64,000 nt of DNA, from NCBI GenBank assembly GCA_963705165.1, contig CAVPJD010000024.1, forward strand, positions 64,001-128,000, written 5' to 3'. Shown in pieces: positions 19,593 through 28,214 of the stretch. Origin of the DNA: an uncultured delta proteobacterium. Its GTDB lineage: Bacteria; Desulfobacterota; Syntrophia; Syntrophales; UBA2192. The notes below the pieces were generated by a model, which saw nothing but the letters and a program-made list of their open reading frames with translations, searched no databases and was not told the DNA's origin. Both the position numbers and the translations under genes were made by a program. How positions within the stretch are numbered: the stretch's first letter is position 1; every line of letters begins with the position of its first letter.

Positions 19593-21281
19593 CTAGTAGA
19601 GTCCCGGATCGCGGTATTCGCCGTATACCTCGCGGTAGACGTCGCAGATCTCCTGCACGGAGCACAGGGCCTTGACGGCCTCGATGCAGAAAGGCATCAC
19701 GTTCTCGCCCTTCTTGCAGGCAGCTTTCAGATCGCCGAGGCACTTCATGGCAGCCTTGCCATCGCGCTTGCGCCTCACGGCCTGGAGCCGCTCGATCTGC
19801 TCGGTCTCGATCTTGTCGTCGATCTCGAGGAAGGGGATGGACTCTTTCTCGTTTGAGACGTACTTGTTGACGCCGACCATGATCTTCTCGGCACTGTCGA
19901 TCTGGCGCTGGAACTTGTAGGCCGCATCGGAGATCTCGAGCTGGGGGAAACCCTTTTCGATGGCGGCGACCATGCCGCCCAACTCGTCGATCTTGTGGAT
20001 GTATTCCCAGGCCTGCTTTTCCATCTCGTTGGTGAGCGACTCGACGAAGTAGGAGCCGGCCAGCGGGTCGATCGTGGTGGCCGCACCCGTCTCTTCGGCG
20101 ATGATCTGCTGGGTCCGAAGGGCGATCTGGACGGCAAAGTCGGAGGGCAGGCACCACACTTCGTCAAGCGAGTTGGTGTGGAGCGACTGGGTCCCGCCGA
20201 GCACCGCGGAGAGCGCCTGTGTGGCCGTGCGGACGACGTTGTTGTAGGGCTGCTGGGCCGTGAGCGAGCATCCGGCCGTCTGGGTGTGGAACCGCATCCA
20301 CCAGGAGCGCTCGTCTTTTGACTTGTAGCGTTCCTTCATGGCCTTGGCCCAGATCCTGCGGGCCGCCCTCATCTTGCAGATCTCCTCGAAGAAGTCGCAG
20401 TGTGCGTTGAAGAAGAAGGAGAGCCTGGGGCCGAAGGCATCGACGTCGAGTTTCTTGCGGCGAATCACGTCTTCGACGTACTCCATGCCGTCGCGAAGCG
20501 TGAAGGCCAGTTCCTGCACTGCCGTGGCGCCGGCCTCGCGGATGTGGTAGCCCGAAATCGAGATCGTGTTCCACTTGGGAACGTGCAGGGTACCGAACTC
20601 GACGGTGTCGCTGATGAGCTTCACGGAGGGCTCGGGTGGGCACATCAGGGTCTTCTGGGCGATGAACTCCTTGAGCATGTCGTTCTGGATCGTGCCGCCG
20701 ATCTTGGAGAGCGGAATGCCATGGATCTCGGCTGCCGCGCAGTACATGGCCCAGAGGGCCGTGGCCGGCGGGTTGATCGTCATGGAGGTCGTGATCTTGT
20801 CGAGGGGGATGCCCTTGGTGAGAACGAGGAAGTCTTCAAGGGTGTCGATGGCCACACCGCACTTGCCGCATTCGCCGCGGGCCTTCGGGGAGTCGGTATC
20901 ATACCCCATGAGGGTGGGGAAGTCGAAGGCCGTGCTGAGACCCGTCTGGCCTTCCTTCAGGAGCATGTGCCACCGTTCATTGGTGGTGGCGGCATCTCCC
21001 ATGCCCGAGAACATTCGGAATGTCCAGTACTTGCCCCGATAGCCGGTCACCTGGTTACCGCGGGTGTAGGGGTACTGCCCGGGGTAATTGATGTCCCGCT
21101 CGAAATCCATGTCCTTGATGTCATCGGGGGTGTAGAGACGTTTGATGGGGAGGTCCGAAACCGTTGACCACTGAGCCTCAGGCTTCTGATCGGCCCACTT
21201 GGAAACGGACTTCTTGACCTCATCTTCCCAGCGCTGGCGGAGCCGGCTGGACTGCTCGAGAACTTCCTTTGCGAAATACAC
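19593..21281 (-). CDS. B12-dependent acyl-CoA mutase large subunit, isobutyryl-CoA mutase-like
   Basis: PGQYPYTRG, WTFRMFSG, GTIQNDMLKEFIAQK, ISGYHIREAG, GGTQSLHTNS; GTG start with RBS aaggaggg. Confidence 0.9.
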   Translation of the reverse strand: MYFAKEVLEQSSRLRQRWEDEVKKSVSKWADQKPEAQWSTVSDLPIKRLYTPDDIKDMDFERDINYPGQYPYTRGNQVTGYRGKYWTFRMFSGMGDAATTNERWHMLLKEGQTGLSTAFDFPTLMGYDTDSPKARGECGKCGVAIDTLEDFLVLTKGIPLDKITTSMTINPPATALWAMYCAAAEIHGIPLSKIGGTIQNDMLKEFIAQKTLMCPPEPSVKLISDTVEFGTLHVPKWNTISISGYHIREAGATAVQELAFTLRDGMEYVEDVIRRKKLDVDAFGPRLSFFFNAHCDFFEEICKMRAARRIWAKAMKERYKSKDERSWWMRFHTQTAGCSLTAQQPYNNVVRTATQALSAVLGGTQSLHTNSLDEVWCLPSDFAVQIALRTQQIIAEETGAATTIDPLAGSYFVESLTNEMEKQAWEYIHKIDELGGMVAAIEKGFPQLEISDAAYKFQRQIDSAEKIMVGVNKYVSNEKESIPFLEIDDKIETEQIERLQAVRRKRDGKAAMKCLGDLKAACKKGENVMPFCIEAVKALCSVQEICDVYREVYGEYRDPGLY

Positions 21282-21545
21282 GTTTCTCCCTCCTTGTCCG
21301 TAAAATTAAAAATTTAAGCCATATACACTCCTCGCAATTTATTAAACCCTGACTATCCCTTATAATAATAGACCCACCCGATGCCGTATACAAAATACCC
21401 CGTTTTGTCAAGCTAAAAGACGGCGATTTTGCCCGCATTATGGGCCTTTCAGGGCGGAAGCCCTGCGGGGACGGGAGGGCAAAGAAAGATCGTCACAAAA
21501 AAGGTTCTTCCGGGCGTGGTGACGGCAACAAGGGGTTTTCCCGAA

Positions 21546-22715
21546 TCAGAGCTCAAAGAGCCTGCGGGGGGTCTTTGTCAGGATCTCGTTGCCGCCGCTG
21601 CCCACGTGGATCATGTCTTCGAGTTTGACGACCCCGCCCCCCTCGGTCATCATGTGCATGTCGAGGGCGACGACGCAGCCTTCCGGGATCAAAGAGGAAT
21701 CGAACCCGGAAAGGATCGGCGGCTCGTTGAGTTCGAGGCCGATCCCGTGGCCGATGATCCGGGAGGATCTGCCTTTGCCGAAGGACTGGAATTCGGCGGA
21801 CCGCCCCAGATCCTCCGCCTTCTGCTTCGCCAACTGATAGACGTCGCAGCCCCGCATGCCCGGCCGGATCGTACCGATGAGGTGGTCGGCTACGGCCTGG
21901 AGATCGTCATAGAGGGCATGGATGGCCTTCCCCGCATTCCCGATGCAGTAGGTCCTCGTCTGGTCGGCGTGGTAGCCCTCGACGAGGGTGGGGATGTCGA
22001 CAATGACCGTCTCGCCCCGCCCTATGGCCCGACGGGAGGGGCCGGCCGGCACGGCGGGGCTCATGCCCACGCCTGTGATGGTGTAGACGACGCCGCTCAC
22101 CCGGGCGAGGTTCGGTCCCGCCCCGATGGGCCCCCGGCTCATAAAGAAATCGGGCAGGCGGATAAAGAAGATCCCCTCGTGCCCGGCGAGCCTGTGGGCG
22201 TTCTCGACGGCGGCTGCCAGCTCCAGTTCCGTAACCCCTTCCCGGAGTGTCACCAGGACCGCCTCGTGCCCCGCGTGGACGGCATCGCAGGCCCGGCGAA
22301 GCCTCTCGATCTCCCAGGGCTCCTTCACTTTGCGCTGCTCCAGGGTGACGGGGGAAATATTGACGAAGTCGGCATCGGGGCAGGCCCTCCGGAGGGCCTC
22401 GAACTGCTCGGCCGTCAGGATATCGAGCTCCGTGCCGATCTTTCCCTGTTTCCCCGCCAGCCGGGACAGGGCGCCTGCGAGAATCTTCTCGAGCCGCCGC
22501 TCTTCTGCCAGCTTCTCCCGTCCGATGAAGACGTCCTGCACGGCAAACTCGAACCCGCTCCTCACATAGAGGGTGTAGTCATCGGGGGTGACGAGCAGAC
22601 AGGAGGGCTGGGCCGTCCCCGTGTAGTAGAGGATGTCCCGGGAATAGACGAGAAGGGCTGCGTCAAGCCCCCCGTCGAGAAGCTTCTTCTGTAAGACCTT
22701 GATGCGCTCTTTCAT
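21546..22715 (-). CDS. M24 (Xaa-Pro peptidase fold) family protein, second paralogue
   Basis: VKEPWEI, GYHADQTRT, GHGIGLELNE, KLED. Confidence 0.88.
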   Translation of the reverse strand: MKERIKVLQKKLLDGGLDAALLVYSRDILYYTGTAQPSCLLVTPDDYTLYVRSGFEFAVQDVFIGREKLAEERRLEKILAGALSRLAGKQGKIGTELDILTAEQFEALRRACPDADFVNISPVTLEQRKVKEPWEIERLRRACDAVHAGHEAVLVTLREGVTELELAAAVENAHRLAGHEGIFFIRLPDFFMSRGPIGAGPNLARVSGVVYTITGVGMSPAVPAGPSRRAIGRGETVIVDIPTLVEGYHADQTRTYCIGNAGKAIHALYDDLQAVADHLIGTIRPGMRGCDVYQLAKQKAEDLGRSAEFQSFGKGRSSRIIGHGIGLELNEPPILSGFDSSLIPEGCVVALDMHMMTEGGGVVKLEDMIHVGSGGNEILTKTPRRLFEL

Positions 22716-22780
22716 GGTGACACCCCCACGAGTCGGCACACAGTGTCATGGGTCATGTGTCAAGCGAAGAACCAGGGATC

Positions 22781-22815
22781 AAATCCCCCTGTGTCCCCCT
22801 TTACTAAAGGGGGAG
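22781..22815. repeat. REP-like palindrome (also at ~15263, ~18077, ~41659)
   Basis: aaatccccctgtgtccccctttactaaagggggag. Confidence 0.7.
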
Positions 22816-23030
22816 CTCGGTCCGTGCCGTTTTTCGGCTCCAGCGACCTTTGCATGGAGAGGGTCCTCTTTCGAGGGTTGGCTGATGCGATCCCTTTCCG
22901 CCTCTCGATAGTCGGATTATTACCCGCTGTCCGGTTTGATTGCAATACCCTGCCCGTTGATTTTTTACACCGCCGGCGGAGTGGGTCTTCTCGTGGAGGT
23001 TCAGCAGCGGGAAGAGCGTGTAGCGTGTAT

Positions 23031-23070
23031 AAAAAAAGAGGCGGGGAAGGGCTCTCCGCCTCTTTTGTTT
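23031..23070. terminator. intrinsic terminator after pilin
   Basis: aaaagaggcgg...ccgcctctttt. Confidence 0.75.
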
Positions 23071-23110
23071 CGGCTGCCTGCTCCTTCTCAAGCAACCCGG
23101 TTGGCAGGGC

Positions 23111-23494
23111 TTAGGGCATCGTGATGGCGCCGGTGCTGGCGACCGTGCCGGTATTGGCTCCGGCGGGAAGCGCCCCGTTGACGAGTGTGATGGTGCCGCT
23201 CGAAACGGTCAGAGTACCCGCGCTGAAAGTGATGTTCGACGATTTCTGGTAGCCATAGCCCGAAATCTTCGCCAGGGCGTTTACGGTTGCGGCAGGATAG
23301 TCGGTGAAGTAGGCCTGAGCTGCCGTAAAGGCATTTTTCAGGTCCGAATTCAACTCGGCCCTGTAGCCGCGCTTGCGGTACTCCGTGAACTGCGGGATGG
23401 CAATCGCCGCAAGAATCGCGATGATGGCCACTACAATCATGAGTTCAACGAGAGTGAACCCCTTCTGTTCTCTTTTTTTCCTTAACCAGTTCAT
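23111..23494 (-). CDS. pilA: type IVa major pilin
   Basis: [26 protein letters not shown] prepilin site with E5; own promoter and terminator. Confidence 0.9.
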   Translation of the reverse strand: MNWLRKKREQKGFTLVELMIVVAIIAILAAIAIPQFTEYRKRGYRAELNSDLKNAFTAAQAYFTDYPAATVNALAKISGYGYQKSSNITFSAGTLTVSSGTITLVNGALPAGANTGTVASTGAITMP

Positions 23495-23536
23495 TCTTCA
23501 ATAACCTCCTGTTCAGTGTTTGCTGCCTTTCACAGG

Positions 23537-23552
23537 AGCATCGGACATGCCG
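23537..23552 (-). promoter_or_regulatory. sigma-54 promoter of pilA
   Basis: CGGCATGTCCGATGCT on minus strand, ~43 nt before the ATG. Confidence 0.65.
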
Positions 23553-23822
23553 CGGGGCTGTAGCAGATATTATGTAGTAAATACAGTGCGTTATATGCCT
23601 TGCGGCCCTGGCCGGCCATTCGAGACACCCTTCCGTTTTGGGACACCATGCCGCCATGCATGCGCAAAATCAGGCGATCGGGGATAATGTCCAGAATGGG
23701 AGGGGAGGAGATGGCAGCGCTTCGGGGGCCCGGGGAAATCGGCATAAAAGAAAGGCAGGGCCGGTGGCGGCCTTGCCTTTCTTCATGTGTGGAGCCTGCT
23801 AACGATCATTCAGGCGCATCTT

Positions 23823-24821
23823 TTACAAGCTGTTATAACGGGACTGAACCTGCTCATCGGTCAATGTGTCATTTCTGATGATGACGCGATCGATTACGCC
23901 ATCCCACCCGATGTTGCCATATCCCGCATCGTATGTTTCGGCGAGCTGCGCGCCTACAATCAGGCTGCCGTTGCTGTCCCGGACACCGCCCGTCGTATTG
24001 GCCGTCTCGTCGTCAAGAATCCCGTTGACATAAAGGCGAAGCGACGTCGAATCCCAGGTCGCGACGATGTGGTACCACTGGCCGGGCTGCAGATCGAAAC
24101 TGCCATAGACGCCGACCCAGTTGCCGTCATCGCCGGTAATCATGAAAAGGGGCCGGGCATGGGAACCTTCGTGGTACCACAACTGCATTCCCCAGGCTTC
24201 GTCACTGAAATCCCGGCGTTCGCCCTTGTGGATGATTCCGGCAAAGGGATGAATGCCATCCACCCGGACCAGGACCTCGACGGTTCCGTTGTTTCTCAGG
24301 GTCAGCGCATCGCTGTCGGGAGCGATGACGTAATCGAGGGTCGTCGGGTCGCCGTCAAACAGCAGCCCGTTGTGATTGCCATGGTAGCCTTCGGCGGCTT
24401 CGACATCTGCTATTACATATTCTCGGCATTCGCTGGTAAAGCCGATCCATTCCGCCACGATCGCCGGATCCTTTAATATCGCCAGAGTGTATGTCGCCTT
24501 CGCATCGTTTTCGGCAGTTACGACGACGGTGCAGGTATCGGTTAACGTCGTTGCAGTCGTCCGGCCGTCTGACTCATAGATATTAAATGTCGCACCGCGA
24601 GCGACGACGATTGCGGCTTTCAAGATCTCAACCGTCGTTCCAAAAGGAATCTTGCCGAGGGCGGTGCCCTGAAGCTCACCGATAGCGGAGGCAATGGAGG
24701 TATCGTTGTTCAAGACGGTATTCATATGGACGGCAGGCGATGACTGGCTGCTGCCTCCGCCCGAGCAACCGATCACGAACAGGACCAGGATGAACAGGTT
24801 GTTTATTCTTCTTGTCTTCAT
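23823..24821 (-). CDS. LamG/concanavalin-like domain lipoprotein
   Basis: Lipobox VIGC; WYHIVATWD, LRLYVNG, WDGVID. Confidence 0.85.
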   Translation of the reverse strand: MKTRRINNLFILVLFVIGCSGGGSSQSSPAVHMNTVLNNDTSIASAIGELQGTALGKIPFGTTVEILKAAIVVARGATFNIYESDGRTTATTLTDTCTVVVTAENDAKATYTLAILKDPAIVAEWIGFTSECREYVIADVEAAEGYHGNHNGLLFDGDPTTLDYVIAPDSDALTLRNNGTVEVLVRVDGIHPFAGIIHKGERRDFSDEAWGMQLWYHEGSHARPLFMITGDDGNWVGVYGSFDLQPGQWYHIVATWDSTSLRLYVNGILDDETANTTGGVRDSNGSLIVGAQLAETYDAGYGNIGWDGVIDRVIIRNDTLTDEQVQSRYNSL

Positions 24822-24865
24822 GGCTCACTCCCGTTGAAGTCGACATTTTCGTTGACCTCTCCATG

Positions 24866-24881
24866 AGCATAGCGAGTGCCA
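24866..24881 (-). promoter_or_regulatory. sigma-54 promoter candidate
   Basis: TGGCACTCGCTATGCT; AT-rich region upstream (24900-25140). Confidence 0.6.
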
Positions 24882-25251
24882 CGAGTGGCATGCCACAATA
24901 AACGCTAATTATATTAAGTCGTTAGATTTAATATGGGCTGAATGGAGTGAGAATTTTAAGAGCTTTCCAGGGTGTCATTCCGGGATGGTATCGTGTATTT
25001 ATTAATGATTACAGTAATTTGTGCACGCAATGCCGTTTTGGCATACAAATGTTTTGATTACTTAGTGATTTCAATGTATTGGATAATTTCTCAAGCTTCA
25101 GATTTTCTCCTGACATCAGTTAAAAATAACCTGGGAAGTACGACGCAGGGGGTCAAAATATCGCGGGAAGACTCCCCGCACAGGAGAGTGGAAATGTTTT
25201 TCCTCTCGCGAATGGTTCCATCCGCCCTGGCTCGCCCTGAAACAGGCATGG

Positions 25252-26235
25252 CTAATTTTCTCCCAATAACAGGACAAGATTTTCAAAGAGGGCTTTCTGA
25301 ACGGAGTCGTTTATTTTGGACTTGATGATATTCAGCGCCTGGAAAGGGGACATCTTGCATCTGTAGGGTCGGTCCGTCGTCATGGCGTCATACATGTCCA
25401 CCAGCGAGCAGATTCGGGCGTACACGTGGATCTCCCCCCCATAAAGGCCGTACGGGTAACCGCTGCCATCCTCTTTTTCATGATGCTCCAGGATGATCAG
25501 CTTGCACTCGGTGGTCAACTGGTTGGCATCATTCAAGATGTTGAACCCATAAAGAGGATGCCTGCGCATTGCCTGTAATTCGTCAAAGGTCAGCTTGCCT
25601 TCTTTATTGATGATGGCGGGATCAACCTTTATTTTCCCCAGGTCATGCAGGAAAAAGCCGACTCCGAGCTCCCGCAGATTATGACGATCCGAATAGCCGA
25701 AATATTTCTTGGCGAGAAGCAGTGACAGAACGCCAACGTTCACGGAGTGCGTGTAGGTATACATGTCGTGGTCGGATATCGTCAGAAGAAATGTGTTCAG
25801 TTGATCCCCATCCAGAATGCAGTCGATGACTTCGTAAAGACTTTCGCGAGCCTCGCAGAGCATTCCTGCATCGGGGGTTTTTTCCATCAGTTTCTTCATG
25901 ATGATCTTCGAAGACGATTTGACCGCATAGGCTTTGGATTCCTGGGCTGCGGCGTGATCCGTGAGCGCCTCCATCAGTCCGGGGGGGACCATCTTCTGAT
26001 ATGCGGACTCATTCGGATTCTCCGGAAAGATGTTCTCCGACAATTCCGGTACGGCAATGTTGCTCTTTGTAAGATCGACCGGGATCTGCGAAATTCCGGT
26101 CGCCGCGAGCCGATGAATATCTCGCTGTGAGCTCACGACAAATCGGCTTCTGACAAACGGGTGTTTGAACCATGAGCCCGGGATCGTGACGTGCATTCCG
26201 ACTTTCAGTTCTCCTACGGGGACGATCTCCTGCAT
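25252..26235 (-). CDS. HD-GYP c-di-GMP phosphodiesterase with DUF3391-like N-terminus
   Basis: HSVNV, LHDLGK, HHEKEDGSGYP, DMYDAMT..RPY. Confidence 0.92.
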   Translation of the reverse strand: MQEIVPVGELKVGMHVTIPGSWFKHPFVRSRFVVSSQRDIHRLAATGISQIPVDLTKSNIAVPELSENIFPENPNESAYQKMVPPGLMEALTDHAAAQESKAYAVKSSSKIIMKKLMEKTPDAGMLCEARESLYEVIDCILDGDQLNTFLLTISDHDMYTYTHSVNVGVLSLLLAKKYFGYSDRHNLRELGVGFFLHDLGKIKVDPAIINKEGKLTFDELQAMRRHPLYGFNILNDANQLTTECKLIILEHHEKEDGSGYPYGLYGGEIHVYARICSLVDMYDAMTTDRPYRCKMSPFQALNIIKSKINDSVQKALFENLVLLLGEN

Positions 26236-26328
26236 AAACCCTCCTGCAAGAAAATCAGTTCAAGATAACGCGACTTGCTTTCACTTCCTCGGGCCGCAAT
26301 CCGCAACGCGAGCCGCTCACGCTTCAGT

Positions 26329-26751
26329 TTACTGGACTTTCCAGCTCCCTTCTGCCCGCCCGGAGACACCTCTTGCCTGATTGCCACTGGCAGTTATCTT
26401 CACTTCACTTCCCGCCACGGCAAACTCCACTCTATAATCACCGGCATCCGTGCTCACGGACGCGATAATGCCAGCAAGATTGTTTGCATCCGCATCTGCA
26501 TTCATCAGCTTGATTGCGTACTGGTTCATGAGCCTGTTCTTTCCCTCTGCCACCGCCTGCATTGCGGCCTTGTTTTCCGCTTCTGTCTTCAGACCGATAA
26601 ATTGCGGCGCGGCCACGGCGCCAAGGACCCCGAGAATGACAAGAACCGCGATCAATTCAACCAGGGTGAACCCCCCTTGGTTGCGGGATCGTTTTGGATG
26701 ATGTCTGTGAGAACGCTCACTCATGGGATTCCGCTGCGACATTCCTTTCAC
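26329..26751 (-). CDS. pilin/pseudopilin with N-terminal methylation site
   Basis: GG|FTLVELIAVLVILGVLGAVAAPQF; start uncertain. Confidence 0.85.
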   Translation of the reverse strand: MKGMSQRNPMSERSHRHHPKRSRNQGGFTLVELIAVLVILGVLGAVAAPQFIGLKTEAENKAAMQAVAEGKNRLMNQYAIKLMNADADANNLAGIIASVSTDAGDYRVEFAVAGSEVKITASGNQARGVSGRAEGSWKVQ

Positions 26752-27010
26752 GATTTACCATCCCATGAGCACGGACGATACCAACAGGGCAGCAGCGAAT
26801 CCTTTCTATCATAAGCAAATTATATCAGGCACTTACAGCCAACCGCGCGCCGGCAGACGGATCCGGTCCCGATCATGGCGATGCTCCATTAGGGCACCAA
26901 AAGGTCAAATATCGAATGATATGATGGGGATGCGGGCCCGATGCCGATTTGGCACGGATCGGATCGGCACTGCTGATCGGATCCTCCAGGCTGCCGCCCG
27001 GAGAAGGGTA

Positions 27011-27026
27011 AGGCACGGTGCTTGCC
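27011..27026 (+). promoter_or_regulatory. sigma-54 promoter candidate
   Basis: AGGCACGGTGCTTGCC. Confidence 0.5.
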
Positions 27027-27097
27027 TGTCCGAAGCCTTCTTGCACGCAAAATGCAAGAGTTTTGCACGCAATCAACAAGGAGTAAGGAGCAAGCAG

Positions 27098-28144
27098 ATG
27101 AAGAAACGATTGATTTTTGCAGTTGCCGTGCTGGCCTTGTTTTTTTCGTTGCCGGTGCAGGCCCAGCAGGTGGCTGTCCCCAACGTGGTCGGCATGCCGG
27201 CCGATCAAGCCATCAAGACCATCCAATCCCTGGGACTGAGAGCCCCCGTAACCGTTGAAGGCATGACGCCGGATCAGAAGCAGGCGGGAAAGATTACGAA
27301 GCAGAATCCGTCGCCCGGGCAGAAAGTCGCCGCCGGTGGCGCTGTCACCCTGTTCACGGTCATGTATCAGGCTGCGCCCGTGAATGTAACGGTTGCACCT
27401 AACGTCATGGCGGCATTCGGACCGGTCATGCCCAACGTGGTCGGCATGAGCTTCCCGCAGGCTTATGAAGCTTTCAAGAAGGCGGGGATTGACTTCGAGA
27501 AGTACCGCAGTCGATATTCATGGAAGGACGACAGCACCGACCCGAAATGCATCGACCAGTGCGTTGTCAGCCAGACCCCTGCGCCCGGGACACCGGTCAA
27601 GCCGGACACTCCCACGGTGCTCGTTTTCGCGAAATACTGGCCCACGGCAGTTGTTCCTGACATCAAGAACCTGACGGTCGATGCCGCAATGCAGAAGCTC
27701 AGGGCCGCCGGACTCGGCTTCAGCAGTAAGCCCACGGATACGGCTCGCCCGGAGCTTAACGGAATAGTCTACGGTCAAAGTCCTGCTCCCGGAACGAAGC
27801 TCCGGACAGGGGGCGCCAATAATTCCGTTACGATTCAGTCATATCTCTATAAGGAAAGCGCCCTCGAGGTTAAGGCCTCGTTCATGCCCGAGGCAAAGAC
27901 CTACCTCCTGATGGTGAGAGGCGGCGCTCTGCCTTACGACGTCGTGGCAAGCTACGACGTGCCGAAGAGCATGGCCGGCCAGAAAATCGTCAGGATCACG
28001 CCTTTAACGGACTCCCCGGGTTCCCCGGGCTGGAAGCTGTACCGGATCACCAACCAGATCCCCATTGAAGCGGTGATGGTCGTAACGGACGCCAAGGGGC
28101 GTAAGCACAACTACAAACTGCACCTGACGCAGGCCAACAAGTAA
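27098..28144 (+). CDS. secreted protein with three PASTA domains
   Basis: Signal peptide VQA-Q; VPNVVGM / MPNVVGM / VPDIKNL with Q.P.PG motifs; RBS aaggag. Confidence 0.85.
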   Translation: MKKRLIFAVAVLALFFSLPVQAQQVAVPNVVGMPADQAIKTIQSLGLRAPVTVEGMTPDQKQAGKITKQNPSPGQKVAAGGAVTLFTVMYQAAPVNVTVAPNVMAAFGPVMPNVVGMSFPQAYEAFKKAGIDFEKYRSRYSWKDDSTDPKCIDQCVVSQTPAPGTPVKPDTPTVLVFAKYWPTAVVPDIKNLTVDAAMQKLRAAGLGFSSKPTDTARPELNGIVYGQSPAPGTKLRTGGANNSVTIQSYLYKESALEVKASFMPEAKTYLLMVRGGALPYDVVASYDVPKSMAGQKIVRITPLTDSPGSPGWKLYRITNQIPIEAVMVVTDAKGRKHNYKLHLTQANK

Positions 28145-28157
28145 CGCCGGTGTGCAC

Positions 28158-28196
28158 GAAAAAAGAGAGGCAGGGTTTCCCCTGCCTCTCTTTTCG
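28158..28196. terminator. bidirectional terminator
   Basis: aaaagagaggcaggg...ccctgcctctctttt between convergent genes. Confidence 0.8.
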
Positions 28197-28214
28197 TTAA
28201 TTTGAATTAAGGGG

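Noticed and set aside
19593..21281. Call as methylmalonyl-CoA mutase
   Set aside because: Phe and Gln replace the Tyr and Arg that bind the substrate carboxylate
21282..21545. Possible cobalamin riboswitch upstream of the mutase
   Set aside because: No B12-box or conserved GGGAA/GCCACTG elements seen; only a TTGACA promoter-like hexamer
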